Of a DNA stretch of 64,000 nt, positions 8,490-18,754 are shown in pieces (position 1 is the stretch's first letter; every line of letters begins with the position of its first letter). Below the pieces are notes generated by a model that saw only the letters and a program-made list of their open reading frames with translations, made no database searches and was not told the origin of the DNA. Source of the stretch: Planctomycetaceae bacterium (lineage in GTDB: Bacteria > Planctomycetota > Planctomycetia > Pirellulales > Pirellulaceae); the NCBI GenBank assembly GCA_002726515.1, contig PBTE01000181.1:11174-75173 (forward strand), read 5' to 3'. The position numbers were made by a program, and so were the translations under genes.

Positions 8490-9611
8490 TTACCTGGAGT
8501 AGGTCGAGAGCAACAGTGGCAGTGTGGTCGTCAAGTAATAGGCGCGGGGCGTGGTCAATTCAAACAGAGTAGCCAGGTCTAACTTCACTGCATCTGCCTG
8601 ACTGAAACCGGCGAAATCAAAGAGCGAAATGGGTCTTTCGTAACGGACCACGTGGACGTCGTCTTTCTCCAGGCCTGCTACCTCGATGGCTCGCTCAATG
8701 GCATCTTCTATGAATCCGATCTGGTCCACCAATCCCTCGTTTTTTGCCTGGGTGGCTGTGAAGATTTCACCGGTGGCCAATTTTCTTAATTTGACCTCGT
8801 CGTCACGCAGTGCCGGACGTCCTGCCCGAACAATCTCTTTGAATCTGGCAAATGTTTCTCCCAAGTAGGCCTCCAGGACTTTCCGCTCGTCAGGAGAGAT
8901 TTCCCGCGTCATGCTTAACATCTGCTTGCGGGGGTGGCTGGCGAAGGAGTCATCTTTGACTCCCCATTCTTTCATCAGACCCGTGATATCGTAGTGCGGA
9001 ATGATCACGCCGATCGAACCAGTCGTCGTCGTCGGTTCGGCATAGATAGAATCTTTTCGATCACCGACCGCCATCGCCACATAGTAGCCTCCGCTGGCCG
9101 CTACGCTCCCCATACTTACCACGATCGGTATGTCCCTTTCCTCTCGCAATCTTTTCAAATGATGGTAAATGAAATCAGATCCGGTTACGGTTCCACCCGG
9201 AGATTCAACGCGCAGAACAATCGCTTTAACTTTATTGTCTGCGCGTACCCGGTCAATTTGCCGCTTAACGAATCCATCACCTTCCATGATGACGCCGGAA
9301 ACAGAAATGATTGCTATTTTGTCACTTCCGAACCCGCCCTTGATGTCCGAAGCTGGAAAGGAGACGGACTTATCCTCGATCCCTTCGCTGGAATCGTACC
9401 CCCCAAAAGAAATTCCATGAGCGACCAACAATAACCCTTGAACCCCAATGATCAGAAAGCAAATTAGCAAACCGATCCATCCCAGGATGCCAATCAGCCT
9501 TCGACGCGGACGCCCAGCGGTAGGTTTGACCACTTCAGGAATAATCGGCGACGGCTGATGGCCGGGCGGTAGTGAATCGTGCGGGGAACCGAAGTGCTCG
9601 TTGGATTCCAT
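8490..9611 (-). CDS. sppA: signal peptide peptidase SppA (36K type, S49 family)
   Basis: Motifs 'IAIISVSGVI', 'SPGGTVTGSD', 'PIVVSMGSVAASGGYYVAM' and an N-terminal TM segment. The start is chosen at the second ATG (9611) because GGAGGG lies 9 nt upstream. The ORF extends to 9620. Confidence 0.85.
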   Translation of the reverse strand: MESNEHFGSPHDSLPPGHQPSPIIPEVVKPTAGRPRRRLIGILGWIGLLICFLIIGVQGLLLVAHGISFGGYDSSEGIEDKSVSFPASDIKGGFGSDKIAIISVSGVIMEGDGFVKRQIDRVRADNKVKAIVLRVESPGGTVTGSDFIYHHLKRLREERDIPIVVSMGSVAASGGYYVAMAVGDRKDSIYAEPTTTTGSIGVIIPHYDITGLMKEWGVKDDSFASHPRKQMLSMTREISPDERKVLEAYLGETFARFKEIVRAGRPALRDDEVKLRKLATGEIFTATQAKNEGLVDQIGFIEDAIERAIEVAGLEKDDVHVVRYERPISLFDFAGFSQADAVKLDLATLFELTTPRAYYLTTTLPLLLSTYSR

Positions 9612-10111
9612 CTTGTACATCCCTCCAATCGGTGGGGAAAATAGGACACATCACGGGTTATCGAAACCTGAATCAACTCCGGTCAGTTCCCTGACGAAGG
9701 TGGAACAGCGAGAAAACCAGCCTTCAAGAGACTCTTGACTCGGGTGACTGCCATTCTATCGGTGAGACATATTCGTGACAAAGGCTAAACCAAAACCTGG
9801 CCGCTGAGTTGCCCATAAATGCGCCGGTGCTGACCCCATCAGACTATGAACGACTGGTTTTCACAACCTTTCAACCCACCCAAAGACTCCGGTTTTTGTC
9901 GTTCAAACCTGATTCGAAGACCCCACCACCTCAACGTTCGCATGCCACGACTCGGGTCAAAAACTGCAAGCGGCAATTTTGGCACCTCCCCGGACAAGTT
10001 GCGGGCCCGCTTCGAAAACACGTTGGTGTTGCCACCATCGGTCCCCACTCGCTAAGCTACGCAGGTTCACCTGTTGCCAAATCAGTGGTTTTTCATGGAA
10101 GGAGTCGCGGA

Positions 10112-10861
10112 GTGCTGGTTTCTGCCTCGACGGGGTGTTTTGCGGAACTACCCCTTGCCGAAGTGCTTGATCGTCTAGTGGATCTTGAATTCACCAACGT
10201 CGAAATCGACATCCATGAGTCTGGACGACACCTGAAACCCTCCGAGGTGGCAAGGGATCTGGAAAAGGCGATTGACATCTGCCGCAAAACCAATCGGCTG
10301 AATGTGGTCTCCTATAGCGTGGAAATTGAGACGTCAGGCGAGGAACACTACGATCAATTCAAGGCTTGCTGTCAACTTGCCAAGGCCACCAAGGTAGTAT
10401 CGATCACTGTTCCCTCTGCTGAGATCGGGACCCCTTTTAACGAAGAAGTGGAACATCTGCGCCGTCTCGTTTCCTTTGCATCTGCGGAAGGCATCTTGGT
10501 CAGCATGAAAAGCCAGATCGATCGTCTTTCACAAGACCCTAATACTGTGGTGGTTTTGTGCGACAACGCTCCCGGATTGGGATTGACCCTGGATCCCAGC
10601 CACTATGTCTACACATCCACTGCGGACCGAAATTATGACCAGGTAATGAAGTATGTGTACCACGTTCATTTGCGCGACACGAGCCGCGATGAATTGCAAG
10701 TTCGTGTGGGACGAGGAGACATCGAATACGGGCGACTTGTGAACCAGTTGAATAAGCACAACTACCGGGGTGCCCTGTCAGTTCACATTACAGAAATGCC
10801 GGATGTGGATCACTTTGCAGAATTGAGAAAGATGCGACTCTTGTTGGAGAGTTTGCGTTAA
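10112..10861 (+). CDS. sugar phosphate isomerase/epimerase (xylose isomerase-like TIM barrel)
   Basis: A GTG at 10112 is preceded by GGAAGGAG (10098-10105). The domain begins 'GVLVSASTGCFAELPLAEVLDRLVDLEFTNVEI' and has the typical 'HVHLRD...' metal-binding segment. The upstream 100 codons of the ORF (9809-10111) are not protein-like. Confidence 0.75.
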   Translation: MLVSASTGCFAELPLAEVLDRLVDLEFTNVEIDIHESGRHLKPSEVARDLEKAIDICRKTNRLNVVSYSVEIETSGEEHYDQFKACCQLAKATKVVSITVPSAEIGTPFNEEVEHLRRLVSFASAEGILVSMKSQIDRLSQDPNTVVVLCDNAPGLGLTLDPSHYVYTSTADRNYDQVMKYVYHVHLRDTSRDELQVRVGRGDIEYGRLVNQLNKHNYRGALSVHITEMPDVDHFAELRKMRLLLESLR

Positions 10862-11236
10862 CCAGGTTTGACCTGCGACCCTGGTTGGGGATATACCCCG
10901 GCCAACCAGGAGCAACAGCCTCTTGTCCGGCCGCACCAGTGTTTTCAGGGTGCTCGTCCGTATTTCGTGTTGCACAAGCGGACCGGGAGGTCGATCAAGC
11001 ATCGGGTGGGAATTTCTATCGCACCAGTTCACTGTTCAACGATGCTAGCAGAAGTGATGCACCCAGCCTCCTGACTTCGGTCATTGTGCCACAAATCACG
11101 TTCTTGTGAGACTTCTACAGAAGTTCTTGTTGTGACCACCGGACTGATTTACCGAAGAACCCAATAACGGCTTTACGGAACTTCTTCGTTTCCGTCCCAC
11201 CTGCCTGCTCCTCAACTCATCTTTAAGGAGATGAAC

Positions 11237-11713
11237 GTGCACATCTCATCAAAGACCGCTTTCTTCGTTTTAGCCCCACTGATCAGCCTGCATTCATTGG
11301 CCCCAAACTTAAAAGCCACCCCCCCCCATTTCGTCGTTGGGACACATTGTGTGGTCGTCGCGAACGGGTGTTGTCCCAGATGTTTGAGCGCGCCAACCGA
11401 CACCGGTGAGGACAGCTTGTTCAATTGTGCCTGCAAAGGAAGTTACCATTACCCTGTCCCGCCTCTGAACACTTCTCACTGGATAGGGCTTTATTCACAG
11501 CACCTGCCAACAGATTATCGAAGCCTCTGGCGTTTTCCTCCCATTAAACCGTATCGTGAAGCCCACCATTACCAAGCCGATGAACAACAGGTGAAAAACA
11601 AAACCGGCTCCAGTGTTCTGACCACGTCCCTGAACGTCGAAAATCATCCACACACCACGAATCACCGACCCCTACGAATGAGTCGGGTCATGAACCGGTT
11701 CTACGGACCATGA
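11237..11713 (+). CDS. hypothetical secreted Cys/His/Pro-rich protein
   Basis: AAGGAG (11225-11230) precedes a GTG at 11237 with a 6-nt spacer; there is an ATG at 11231. An N-terminal signal-like segment, 'ISSKTAFFVLAPLISLHSLAP', is present. I recognised no homology, so this is a weak call. Confidence 0.35.
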   Translation: MHISSKTAFFVLAPLISLHSLAPNLKATPPHFVVGTHCVVVANGCCPRCLSAPTDTGEDSLFNCACKGSYHYPVPPLNTSHWIGLYSQHLPTDYRSLWRFPPIKPYREAHHYQADEQQVKNKTGSSVLTTSLNVENHPHTTNHRPLRMSRVMNRFYGP

Positions 11714-12145
11714 TCAACCGGCCCCGCCTGCAATCAGAATCCTTGTTTCCGCACCAACAGTCGTAAATCCTCAATCTTGGAATGTGGTTGGCCCAACGCA
11801 AACTTACAGGCTGTTCCAAATCGGGCTCGCGACTACCAATCGCGATGGGTCTAACTAAATGATCAGCACACCCGGGAGCTGTTGGGGGGAATGGAGCCAC
11901 CGGGTAAGCCGCTGTCACTCTAGTGCGATTAGCCCGGCAGAACTATTCGCTACCTAGCGTTGTGGGATTCCGTCACCTGGCCGCCGCGTGAGCATGTACT
12001 GCAGCCGCTAGACCGAAATCCCCTCGAACTTCAACACCACCGGACGGGGACCCTTGATACCACTGATCGCTCGGACTGGTCGCGACCCGCTCTTCAAACC
12101 TGGTTACTATTTTCGCTCCAGCCCCGCGGGACATCTGGACCCTGG

Positions 12146-12161
12146 TATGACAGCTGTCATA
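12146..12161. promoter_or_regulatory. perfect 16-bp palindrome TATGACAGCTGTCATA, candidate operator upstream of galM
   Basis: An exact inverted repeat lies 57 bp upstream of the galM start codon in a 500-bp intergenic region. Confidence 0.3.
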
Positions 12162-12217
12162 ATACGCAGTTTGGAGGTCCCCTTGAAAGTTGTTATCTCG
12201 TTAGGAGCTCACTTGTC

Positions 12218-13420
12218 ATGAAGCGCATCTCTCGTCACCGTGCAGCTTCTCTGTTGGGAATTGGTTGTCTTTTACTGACCGGATGCCAAGAGCTGATATC
12301 TACAACTCCTTCTTCCACTCCCTCTGAAACTCCGTTGTCGACAGAGAGGAAAAACGCGGGGAATGCTGAAATGAGCATTGCGAAAACTTCGTTTGGAGTA
12401 AACTCCGATGGAACCGAGATCTTTCTCTATTCTTGCAGCAATCAGCAAGGCCTGATCATGAAAGTAATGACCCACGGCGCGACGCTGGTCGCTATGGAGG
12501 TTCCGGATCGCGAAGGCAATCTCGACAACGTGACACTCCGCTTTGATCAGCTGGACGGGTACCTGCAACGTCATCCGTACTTCGGATCGACCGTTGGTCG
12601 TTTTGCCAATCGCATTGCGAATTCTCAGCTGACAATTCAAGACCAGGATTTCGCTCTTGCACCCAATGAAAATTCCAATCAACTACATGGTGGACCGATT
12701 GGTTTGGACGCCGTTGTATGGGATGCCGCCGAGTCTCAAACTGCAAACGGTGTGTCAGTCCGGTTCTCTTACCTCAGCCCGGATGGTGATCAAGGCTATC
12801 CTGGCGAACTATCCGTGGTGGTTGAATACACCTTGACCAATGACAACCAGCTCGTGATGGAATACAAGGCAACAACGAACAAACCGACGCATGTCAACTT
12901 AACAAATCACGCTTATTGGAATCTGGGCGGATCCAAATCGGGTAGCATCTGCGAGCATGTGCTGGAAATCAATGCCGATCACTATTTGGAAGTCAACGAG
13001 GGCCTCATCCCGACGGGCAATGTTTTGAAAGTCGCTGGCACACCTCTCGACTTTAATTCGCCGCGAACCGTTGGTTCCCAGATCGAGGAACTTCGAGACC
13101 CCGAGTCCACAGCCTGGGGATATGACCATTGTTATGTCATCACTGAGGCTTCCGGAAATCTCAACCGGGCCGCCCGCGTCAAGGATGTCGGAAGCGGTCG
13201 CGTGATGGAGGTGCTGACAACGCAACCGGGAATTCAGTTTTACACTGGAAACTTTCTAGACGGAACTCCGCAAAATGGCGGTTTCAACCGTCATGAAGGA
13301 CTCTGCCTCGAGACACAACACTATCCCGATTCGCCACATCACCCCGAGTTTCCCAGCACACTCCTCCTGCCTGATCAAACGTATCAGCAGAAAACTGTGC
13401 ATAAGTTTTCCGTGGAATAA
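12218..13420 (+). CDS. galM: aldose 1-epimerase (galactose mutarotase), lipoprotein-type signal
   Basis: ATG at 12218 with AGGAG 10 nt upstream. Signal 'MKRISRHRAASLLGIGCLLLTGC'. Mutarotase core 'FGSTVGRFANRIANSQLTI...NQLHGGPIG...' is present. Confidence 0.85.
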   Translation: MKRISRHRAASLLGIGCLLLTGCQELISTTPSSTPSETPLSTERKNAGNAEMSIAKTSFGVNSDGTEIFLYSCSNQQGLIMKVMTHGATLVAMEVPDREGNLDNVTLRFDQLDGYLQRHPYFGSTVGRFANRIANSQLTIQDQDFALAPNENSNQLHGGPIGLDAVVWDAAESQTANGVSVRFSYLSPDGDQGYPGELSVVVEYTLTNDNQLVMEYKATTNKPTHVNLTNHAYWNLGGSKSGSICEHVLEINADHYLEVNEGLIPTGNVLKVAGTPLDFNSPRTVGSQIEELRDPESTAWGYDHCYVITEASGNLNRAARVKDVGSGRVMEVLTTQPGIQFYTGNFLDGTPQNGGFNRHEGLCLETQHYPDSPHHPEFPSTLLLPDQTYQQKTVHKFSVE

Positions 13421-13444
13421 GAAACGTTTGTCGCTCGCGGTCTT

Positions 13445-15274
13445 TTACGTGGTGTCCAGCAGCGCCAGATTTGGAGCTATCTCGGCAATCCGTTTCCGTA
13501 CAAAGCGGCGAATGTGCGCGTGAGTTCGCAGACCCATCGCCTGCTTGAGAATGAGCTCTGCCTGCTCGATTGTCAGATGACTGACCAAATCTTTAATGGA
13601 AGGAATAAAAGCAGGACTCATGCTGAAGGAACGAAGTCCCATTCCCAACAATAACACGAAAGCGCTGGGCATGCCCGCCATCTCACCACAAAGGGTGACC
13701 GACTTCTTGGCCTCATTACACGTCTGGATGACGCTTGCCAATACTTTCAGTACCGGGGGACTGAGCGGCTGACACAGATGGCTGACTTTTGGATTGTCCC
13801 GGTCGGCCGCCATGAGATATTGGATCAGATCGTTGGATCCGATAGAAACAAAGTCAACCACTTCTAACATCGAATCGATCGAAACGGCGGCAGCCGGCAC
13901 TTCAAGCATCATGCCAACAGGAACTTTCCCGTATTCCTTGCCTTCTGCATCAAGCAACCGTTGAGCGCGGCGGACCATGCTCCTGACTCGTCGCATTTCT
14001 TCCAGCGTAGTGATCATGGGACACATTAAACGCACCTGACCAGCTTTCCCGACTGATGAACGCAGGATGGCGCGAATCTGCGTAATGAAGAATTCGGGAT
14101 GCTCGAACGATAATCGGATCGAACGCCAACCTAAGAATGGATTTGCCTCCTGATGTGTATGCCCCAGATAAGGAATGGTTTTGTCACCACCAATATCAAG
14201 AGTGCGAATGGTTACCTGGTGCTCGGGACTGGCATCAATAATCTGTCGATAATCTTTCAACTGTTCTTCTTCATCGGGTACATCGGGATGAGCAAGGTAA
14301 AGGTACTCTGTACGATATAGTCCAATACCCTGTGCCCCCATTGCCCCGGCAGACTTGGCGTCAGCCAAATTGTTGATGTTGGCCAACAGTTCCACCTCGA
14401 CACCGTCGAGTGTCATTGCCAGCTGGTCTCGATTTTCTGCCAATTGATCTTTCAGGTGAAAAAATTCTCGCTCCAGCTTGCGGTAGGCACTCAGTTGCTC
14501 CGCATCACCGTTGATGATCACGTGGCCTGCACGACCGTCTAGAATTAAAGTATCACCCGTCTTGACTTGCCGCAAAATTCCACGGACACCTGAAATCGCT
14601 GGAATACCACGGCTACGGGCGATAATGGCAGCGTGGCTTGTCTGACTACCTCGTTGAGTGACGATTCCTTTGACATCAAGTTGCCCCAGGGCGACCACTT
14701 GGGAAGGTAAAAGTTCATCGACCACGTCCACGACAGGTCCATCAAGACTTGTAAGTCCGGGTTTCAGTACTTCCGTAAGATGTGTACTGATTCGCAAAAT
14801 GACGTCGCGGACATCGTTCAAACGCTCCCGCAGATACTCGTCTTTGGTGCGTTCAAATAGCTTCGTGTACTCGCGTAACAGTTCATGAAGAGAAGCGGGG
14901 GCGGTTAAGCGATCGTTTACAATCCAACCGCGAACTTTCTTGGTGAACGCCGAATCTCGCAAGATCGTTTCATGAACGCGAAAGATGGCGGCCTCTTCCT
15001 GCCCAACCTGAGCTTCTACCTTTTTGCGCATGGAACGCAGGTCTTCGCCGGCCTGATCACGAGCTGTCTCATATCGAGCAAGCTCGGCAGTGACCTCTCC
15101 GTCTTCCAAACGTTTTGTGTCAGGATTGACGAAGATCTCGTGGACACAATAGGCCGTGCCCACAGCAACACCCGGTGATACCGCAATGCCTTTTCGCATG
15201 ACGAGCAATTTACCAGTCAGGTCTTCGTGACACAAACTGCTTAAATGCCAGTTGGTTAACTGCAATTCAGCCAC
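13445..15274 (-). CDS. ptsI: phosphoenolpyruvate-protein phosphotransferase (PTS enzyme I)
   Basis: 609 aa. The phosphohistidine domain reads 'GSQTSHAAIIARSRGIPAISGV'. The PEP-utilising C-terminal TIM barrel has 'RTEYLYL...' and 'SIGSNDLIQY'. An alternative internal start, 'MRKGIAVSPGV', is at 15199. Confidence 0.85.
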   Translation of the reverse strand: MAELQLTNWHLSSLCHEDLTGKLLVMRKGIAVSPGVAVGTAYCVHEIFVNPDTKRLEDGEVTAELARYETARDQAGEDLRSMRKKVEAQVGQEEAAIFRVHETILRDSAFTKKVRGWIVNDRLTAPASLHELLREYTKLFERTKDEYLRERLNDVRDVILRISTHLTEVLKPGLTSLDGPVVDVVDELLPSQVVALGQLDVKGIVTQRGSQTSHAAIIARSRGIPAISGVRGILRQVKTGDTLILDGRAGHVIINGDAEQLSAYRKLEREFFHLKDQLAENRDQLAMTLDGVEVELLANINNLADAKSAGAMGAQGIGLYRTEYLYLAHPDVPDEEEQLKDYRQIIDASPEHQVTIRTLDIGGDKTIPYLGHTHQEANPFLGWRSIRLSFEHPEFFITQIRAILRSSVGKAGQVRLMCPMITTLEEMRRVRSMVRRAQRLLDAEGKEYGKVPVGMMLEVPAAAVSIDSMLEVVDFVSIGSNDLIQYLMAADRDNPKVSHLCQPLSPPVLKVLASVIQTCNEAKKSVTLCGEMAGMPSAFVLLLGMGLRSFSMSPAFIPSIKDLVSHLTIEQAELILKQAMGLRTHAHIRRFVRKRIAEIAPNLALLDTT

Positions 15275-15511
15275 TCAGTTTTATGGAGCATTGTGAACCA
15301 ACCAGGAAGTGTCACTTGATTCGCTACAGTACCGACCTTGCCATGAAAACAGGTTTGCCGGTTCCCAATGGCATCAGCTTTTCAAATCGTTTTCACCGTG
15401 AATAAAGGCCCGAATCCTGCCAGCAGATCAGGAGTTGAAATCTGGGTCTTAGACCTAAGTAGCGTCACAGAAATACTTTAAACAAGTTCCGCCGAGCCAC
15501 TTATTTCGCTT

Positions 15512-16087
15512 GTGGTCCATTTGACGCATCGCTATACTCTGAACCCCAAAATCACCCAATCTGACCCCAATTTCAACGACTTGATTCTCACGGTGTACTT
15601 TTCTCTGATTGATCAAATCCTCGCTTTCCAGCCCGCCCACAGCATCACTGCAAGGAAGCGTTTGGTACCGGAGGCGCCCTATCTACGGGATCATTTTCCC
15701 GGCTTCCCGGTCATGCCTGGTGTCCTGATGTTGGAAGCGACTTATCAAACTGCAACCTGGCTACTGATTCATCTCCATCAATTCGAACGGCCGCCAGCAC
15801 GTCTCCAGGAGGCCCGCAATATCAAGTACGGCAGTTTCATGCGGCCTCATGACATTCTCATGATCAACGCACAACTCGTAAAACATGACGAGACCACCTC
15901 GCATTTTCGAGTCAGCGGGACGGTTGGCGACAAAACAGCCATCTCGGGTCGTTTATTGTTGAACAACTGCTCCGAGCCATGTTCTTCGGCGGCCGCGGCG
16001 GCCAACCTCAACCAACGTCAACAACAACTTCGCGAGACATTTCAGAATTTGTACAACCCTTCGGATGGCGCGGAGCTTCCTGCCTGA
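15512..16087 (+). CDS. 3-hydroxyacyl-ACP dehydratase, FabZ/FabA-like hotdog fold
   Basis: Canonical motif 'DHFPGFPVMPGVLMLEATYQTA', preceded by 'LIDQILAF' (equivalent to the FabZ 'LLVDRVLE' segment). Confidence 0.7.
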   Translation: MVHLTHRYTLNPKITQSDPNFNDLILTVYFSLIDQILAFQPAHSITARKRLVPEAPYLRDHFPGFPVMPGVLMLEATYQTATWLLIHLHQFERPPARLQEARNIKYGSFMRPHDILMINAQLVKHDETTSHFRVSGTVGDKTAISGRLLLNNCSEPCSSAAAAANLNQRQQQLRETFQNLYNPSDGAELPA

Positions 16088-16168
16088 CCAGAAGATGCCT
16101 ATTTACTAACCAGAACCTGAACCTGCTCTTTCTACACGACACCGCAAAACACGGGAGGTATAAGCCAT

Positions 16169-16564
16169 ATGTCACATTACAATCAAGAAGTCTACAACAA
16201 GATCAGCTTGGTACTGATTGATGCCTTGGGGGTTGACGAAGACGAGATTTGTCCAGAAGCGACTCTGATCGGTGATCTGGGTGCGGAGTCGATCGATTTC
16301 CTGGACATTGTCTACAACCTGGAAAAGACTTTTGACGTGCCGATTCCTCGAGGTGAACTTATCCCTGACGACATTCTAACCAGTGCGGAATTTGTGCAGG
16401 AAGGAAAAGTTACTCCCGATGGCATCCTCCAACTCAAGCAGCGGATGCCATTTGCAGATTTATCGACGTTCAAAGAAAATCCCGTCGTCCAGAATTTTGG
16501 CAACTTGCTCACCGTAAAGGACATGTGTTGCTTTATCGAAGGTAAGCTGCAAAAGGCCGCCTGA
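16169..16564 (+). CDS. acyl carrier protein-like, with ~55-aa C-terminal extension
   Basis: GGGAGG lies 10 nt upstream of the ATG. Phosphopantetheine-site motif 'DLGAESIDFLDIVYNLEKTF' (a DSL-type serine). The protein is 131 aa against ~78 aa for canonical ACP. Confidence 0.65.
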   Translation: MSHYNQEVYNKISLVLIDALGVDEDEICPEATLIGDLGAESIDFLDIVYNLEKTFDVPIPRGELIPDDILTSAEFVQEGKVTPDGILQLKQRMPFADLSTFKENPVVQNFGNLLTVKDMCCFIEGKLQKAA

Positions 16565-16702
16565 CGGTTGTGTACTACTGGCCTTATCCGTTCCCGTTGT
16601 GATCGGCACTGCAACGTTCTAGCGTCCTCCAGTGCTGTCCACAGCGACCGTTTTCCAGAAAACTGAAGTACGTCCGATTGTTTTGTCTCGATAAGAGTTC
16701 CA

Positions 16703-17245
16703 ATGCGCTGGTTTTGGATTGATCGATTTGTCGAATTCACGGGCGGGCAGCGGGCGGTCGCTGTCAAGAACATCACCTTGAGTGAACCACACGTCAGTGA
16801 TTATTGGCCTGGAACCGACTACCTGCCGACCTCTCTCATGATCGAAGGATTCGCCCAAACGGGAGGCATCCTAGTGGCCGAAGCGGGTGGGTTTCGTCAT
16901 CGCGTCGTGTTGGCAAAAATTTCAGAGGTGCGAATAAGCGCTAATCCTCAAGCCGGACAGACCGTGCGATACACAACGGTACTCGAGCAATTCAATACCG
17001 ATGGTGCGTTTGTCACCGGTACAGCTGATGTCGAAGGCGAATGTATCGGTCAAGTGAAACTCGTGTTCGCTCATCTCAACGACCGCTTCGACGCCGAACT
17101 ATTTCTACCCGGCCAACTCCTACAGATGCTGCAGCAATGGCGCTTCTTTGACGTGGCGCAACAGCCTGACGGAACCCCTTCAGCGGTACCCGACGCACTG
17201 CTTGCAGATCCTCTCGAGGTGAAAACGGCTCAGCCGGCGGTCTGA
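16703..17245 (+). CDS. FabA/FabZ-like hotdog dehydratase paralog with degenerate active-site motif
   Basis: 'RFVEF...EPHVSDYWPGTDYLPTSLMIEGFAQ' aligns with the hotdog H-x-x-x-G-x-x-x-x-P motif. The His is retained, but HFPG has become HVSDYWPG. Confidence 0.65.
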   Translation: MRWFWIDRFVEFTGGQRAVAVKNITLSEPHVSDYWPGTDYLPTSLMIEGFAQTGGILVAEAGGFRHRVVLAKISEVRISANPQAGQTVRYTTVLEQFNTDGAFVTGTADVEGECIGQVKLVFAHLNDRFDAELFLPGQLLQMLQQWRFFDVAQQPDGTPSAVPDALLADPLEVKTAQPAV

Positions 17246-17361
17246 TTCCTGAAGAATCGTCCAACCGATCTTCACGGAGTCCGTAATCATGATAAACTGC
17301 GGCACAAACAAAACAATTGTTTCCGTGTCCAATTGATCACCCGGTGGAGTATCAAGGCCTG

Positions 17362-18645
17362 ATGAGACGCAGGGTAGTCATTACCGGCATGGGCATGGTG
17401 AATCCATTGGGACACGATTTAGAGTCCGTTTGGAGAGCACTCCAGGAGGGCCGCTCCGGAGTCGCTCACACGACCTTGTTCGACGCCAGTGCTTTCCCCA
17501 CAAAAATTTCCGCCGAAGTGAAGGACTGGGAAGCCAGGGCAGCGAGTCTTGATTCAGTGTCTGGAAAATTATTGGCTCGACATGCCTGTTTCGCGGCGGA
17601 CGCGGCCCAACAGGCCGTAGAATCATCCGGCATCCTCGACAGCAGTCTCGACCCGACTCGTTTTGGCGTGTACTTGGGAAGTGGAGAAGGGGAACAAGAC
17701 TTCGAAAGTTTTTCAAACACGATCTTGGCAAGCAGCAGCGCCAATTCCTTTGATCTGGTCAAATATACTCGGAAAGCTCTCGAACAAGGCGATCCGATCA
17801 GAGAAATTGCACAGGAACCGAATCTCATCGCCAGCCATCTGGCGGGTATGTTCGATGCTCAAGGTCCCAACTCCAATTGCTTGACAGCTTGTGCAGCAAG
17901 CAGCCAAGCGATGGGTGAAGCAACCGAAATGATTCGACGGGGTGACGCTGATATAATGCTTTCCGGCGGGGCCCACAGCATGATCCATCCGTTCGGCGTG
18001 AGTGGATTCTGTCTGCTCACCGCACTGTCGACCCGGAACGACGAACCGACCAAGGCCTCACGCCCGTTTGATCGTGATCGAGACGGCTTTGTATTGGGTG
18101 AGGGGGCTGGTATGGTCGTTCTGGAAGAACTGGAACATGCTCGGAAACGGGGTGCCCCAATTCACGGCGAAATACTTGGTTACGGCTCCACCGCAGATGC
18201 TTACAGAATCACAGACATTCACCCGGAAGGCCGGGGCGCGGCGGGATGTATGCAGATGGCAATGAAAGATGCCGGTCTTTCACCCACAGACATTGACTAC
18301 GTCAACGCCCATGGAACCAGCACGAGCGTTAACGACAAAGTAGAAACAATCGCTTGCAAACAGGCGTTCGGGGAAGAAGCACGGAAAATCCCGGTCTCCA
18401 GTACCAAAAGTATGATGGGACACCTGATCGCCGCTGCTGGAACGAGCGAGGCGATTGTCTGCCTGATGTCATTCCGAGATAATGTCTTACCCCCTACCAT
18501 CAATCAAGAAATACGAGATCCCGACTGCGACCTTGACTACGTCCCCAATCAGGCTCGAGAGTCTCGTTGTGACGTTGCGTTGAATAACAGTTTTGGTTTC
18601 GGGGGACAGAATATTACTCTCGCACTGGGGCGTTTTGTTGCCTAG
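17362..18645 (+). CDS. beta-ketoacyl-[ACP] synthase (FabF/FabB-like KAS)
   Basis: Starts 'MRRRVVITGMGMVNPLG'. Active-site Cys in 'CLTACAASSQAMG'; His/His in 'NAHGTSTSVND' and 'MMGHLIAAAG'; C-terminal 'NSFGFGGQN'. Confidence 0.85.
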   Translation: MRRRVVITGMGMVNPLGHDLESVWRALQEGRSGVAHTTLFDASAFPTKISAEVKDWEARAASLDSVSGKLLARHACFAADAAQQAVESSGILDSSLDPTRFGVYLGSGEGEQDFESFSNTILASSSANSFDLVKYTRKALEQGDPIREIAQEPNLIASHLAGMFDAQGPNSNCLTACAASSQAMGEATEMIRRGDADIMLSGGAHSMIHPFGVSGFCLLTALSTRNDEPTKASRPFDRDRDGFVLGEGAGMVVLEELEHARKRGAPIHGEILGYGSTADAYRITDIHPEGRGAAGCMQMAMKDAGLSPTDIDYVNAHGTSTSVNDKVETIACKQAFGEEARKIPVSSTKSMMGHLIAAAGTSEAIVCLMSFRDNVLPPTINQEIRDPDCDLDYVPNQARESRCDVALNNSFGFGGQNITLALGRFVA

Positions 18646-18754
18646 CTCGAGTATCCACCTCTCTAACACCGGCTTAACAAGAACAGTTCACTGGATGCAG
18701 ACACGGCAACCCCGTACCAGACTGGTGCGCCTGGCTGACGAACAACTCTTCCGT

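Noticed and set aside
9809-10111. Long N-terminal extension of the sugar isomerase ORF
   Set aside because: The translation is Pro/Thr/Arg-rich and non-globular. A GGAAGGAG ribosome-binding site followed by GTG at 10112 coincides with the start of the TIM-barrel domain.
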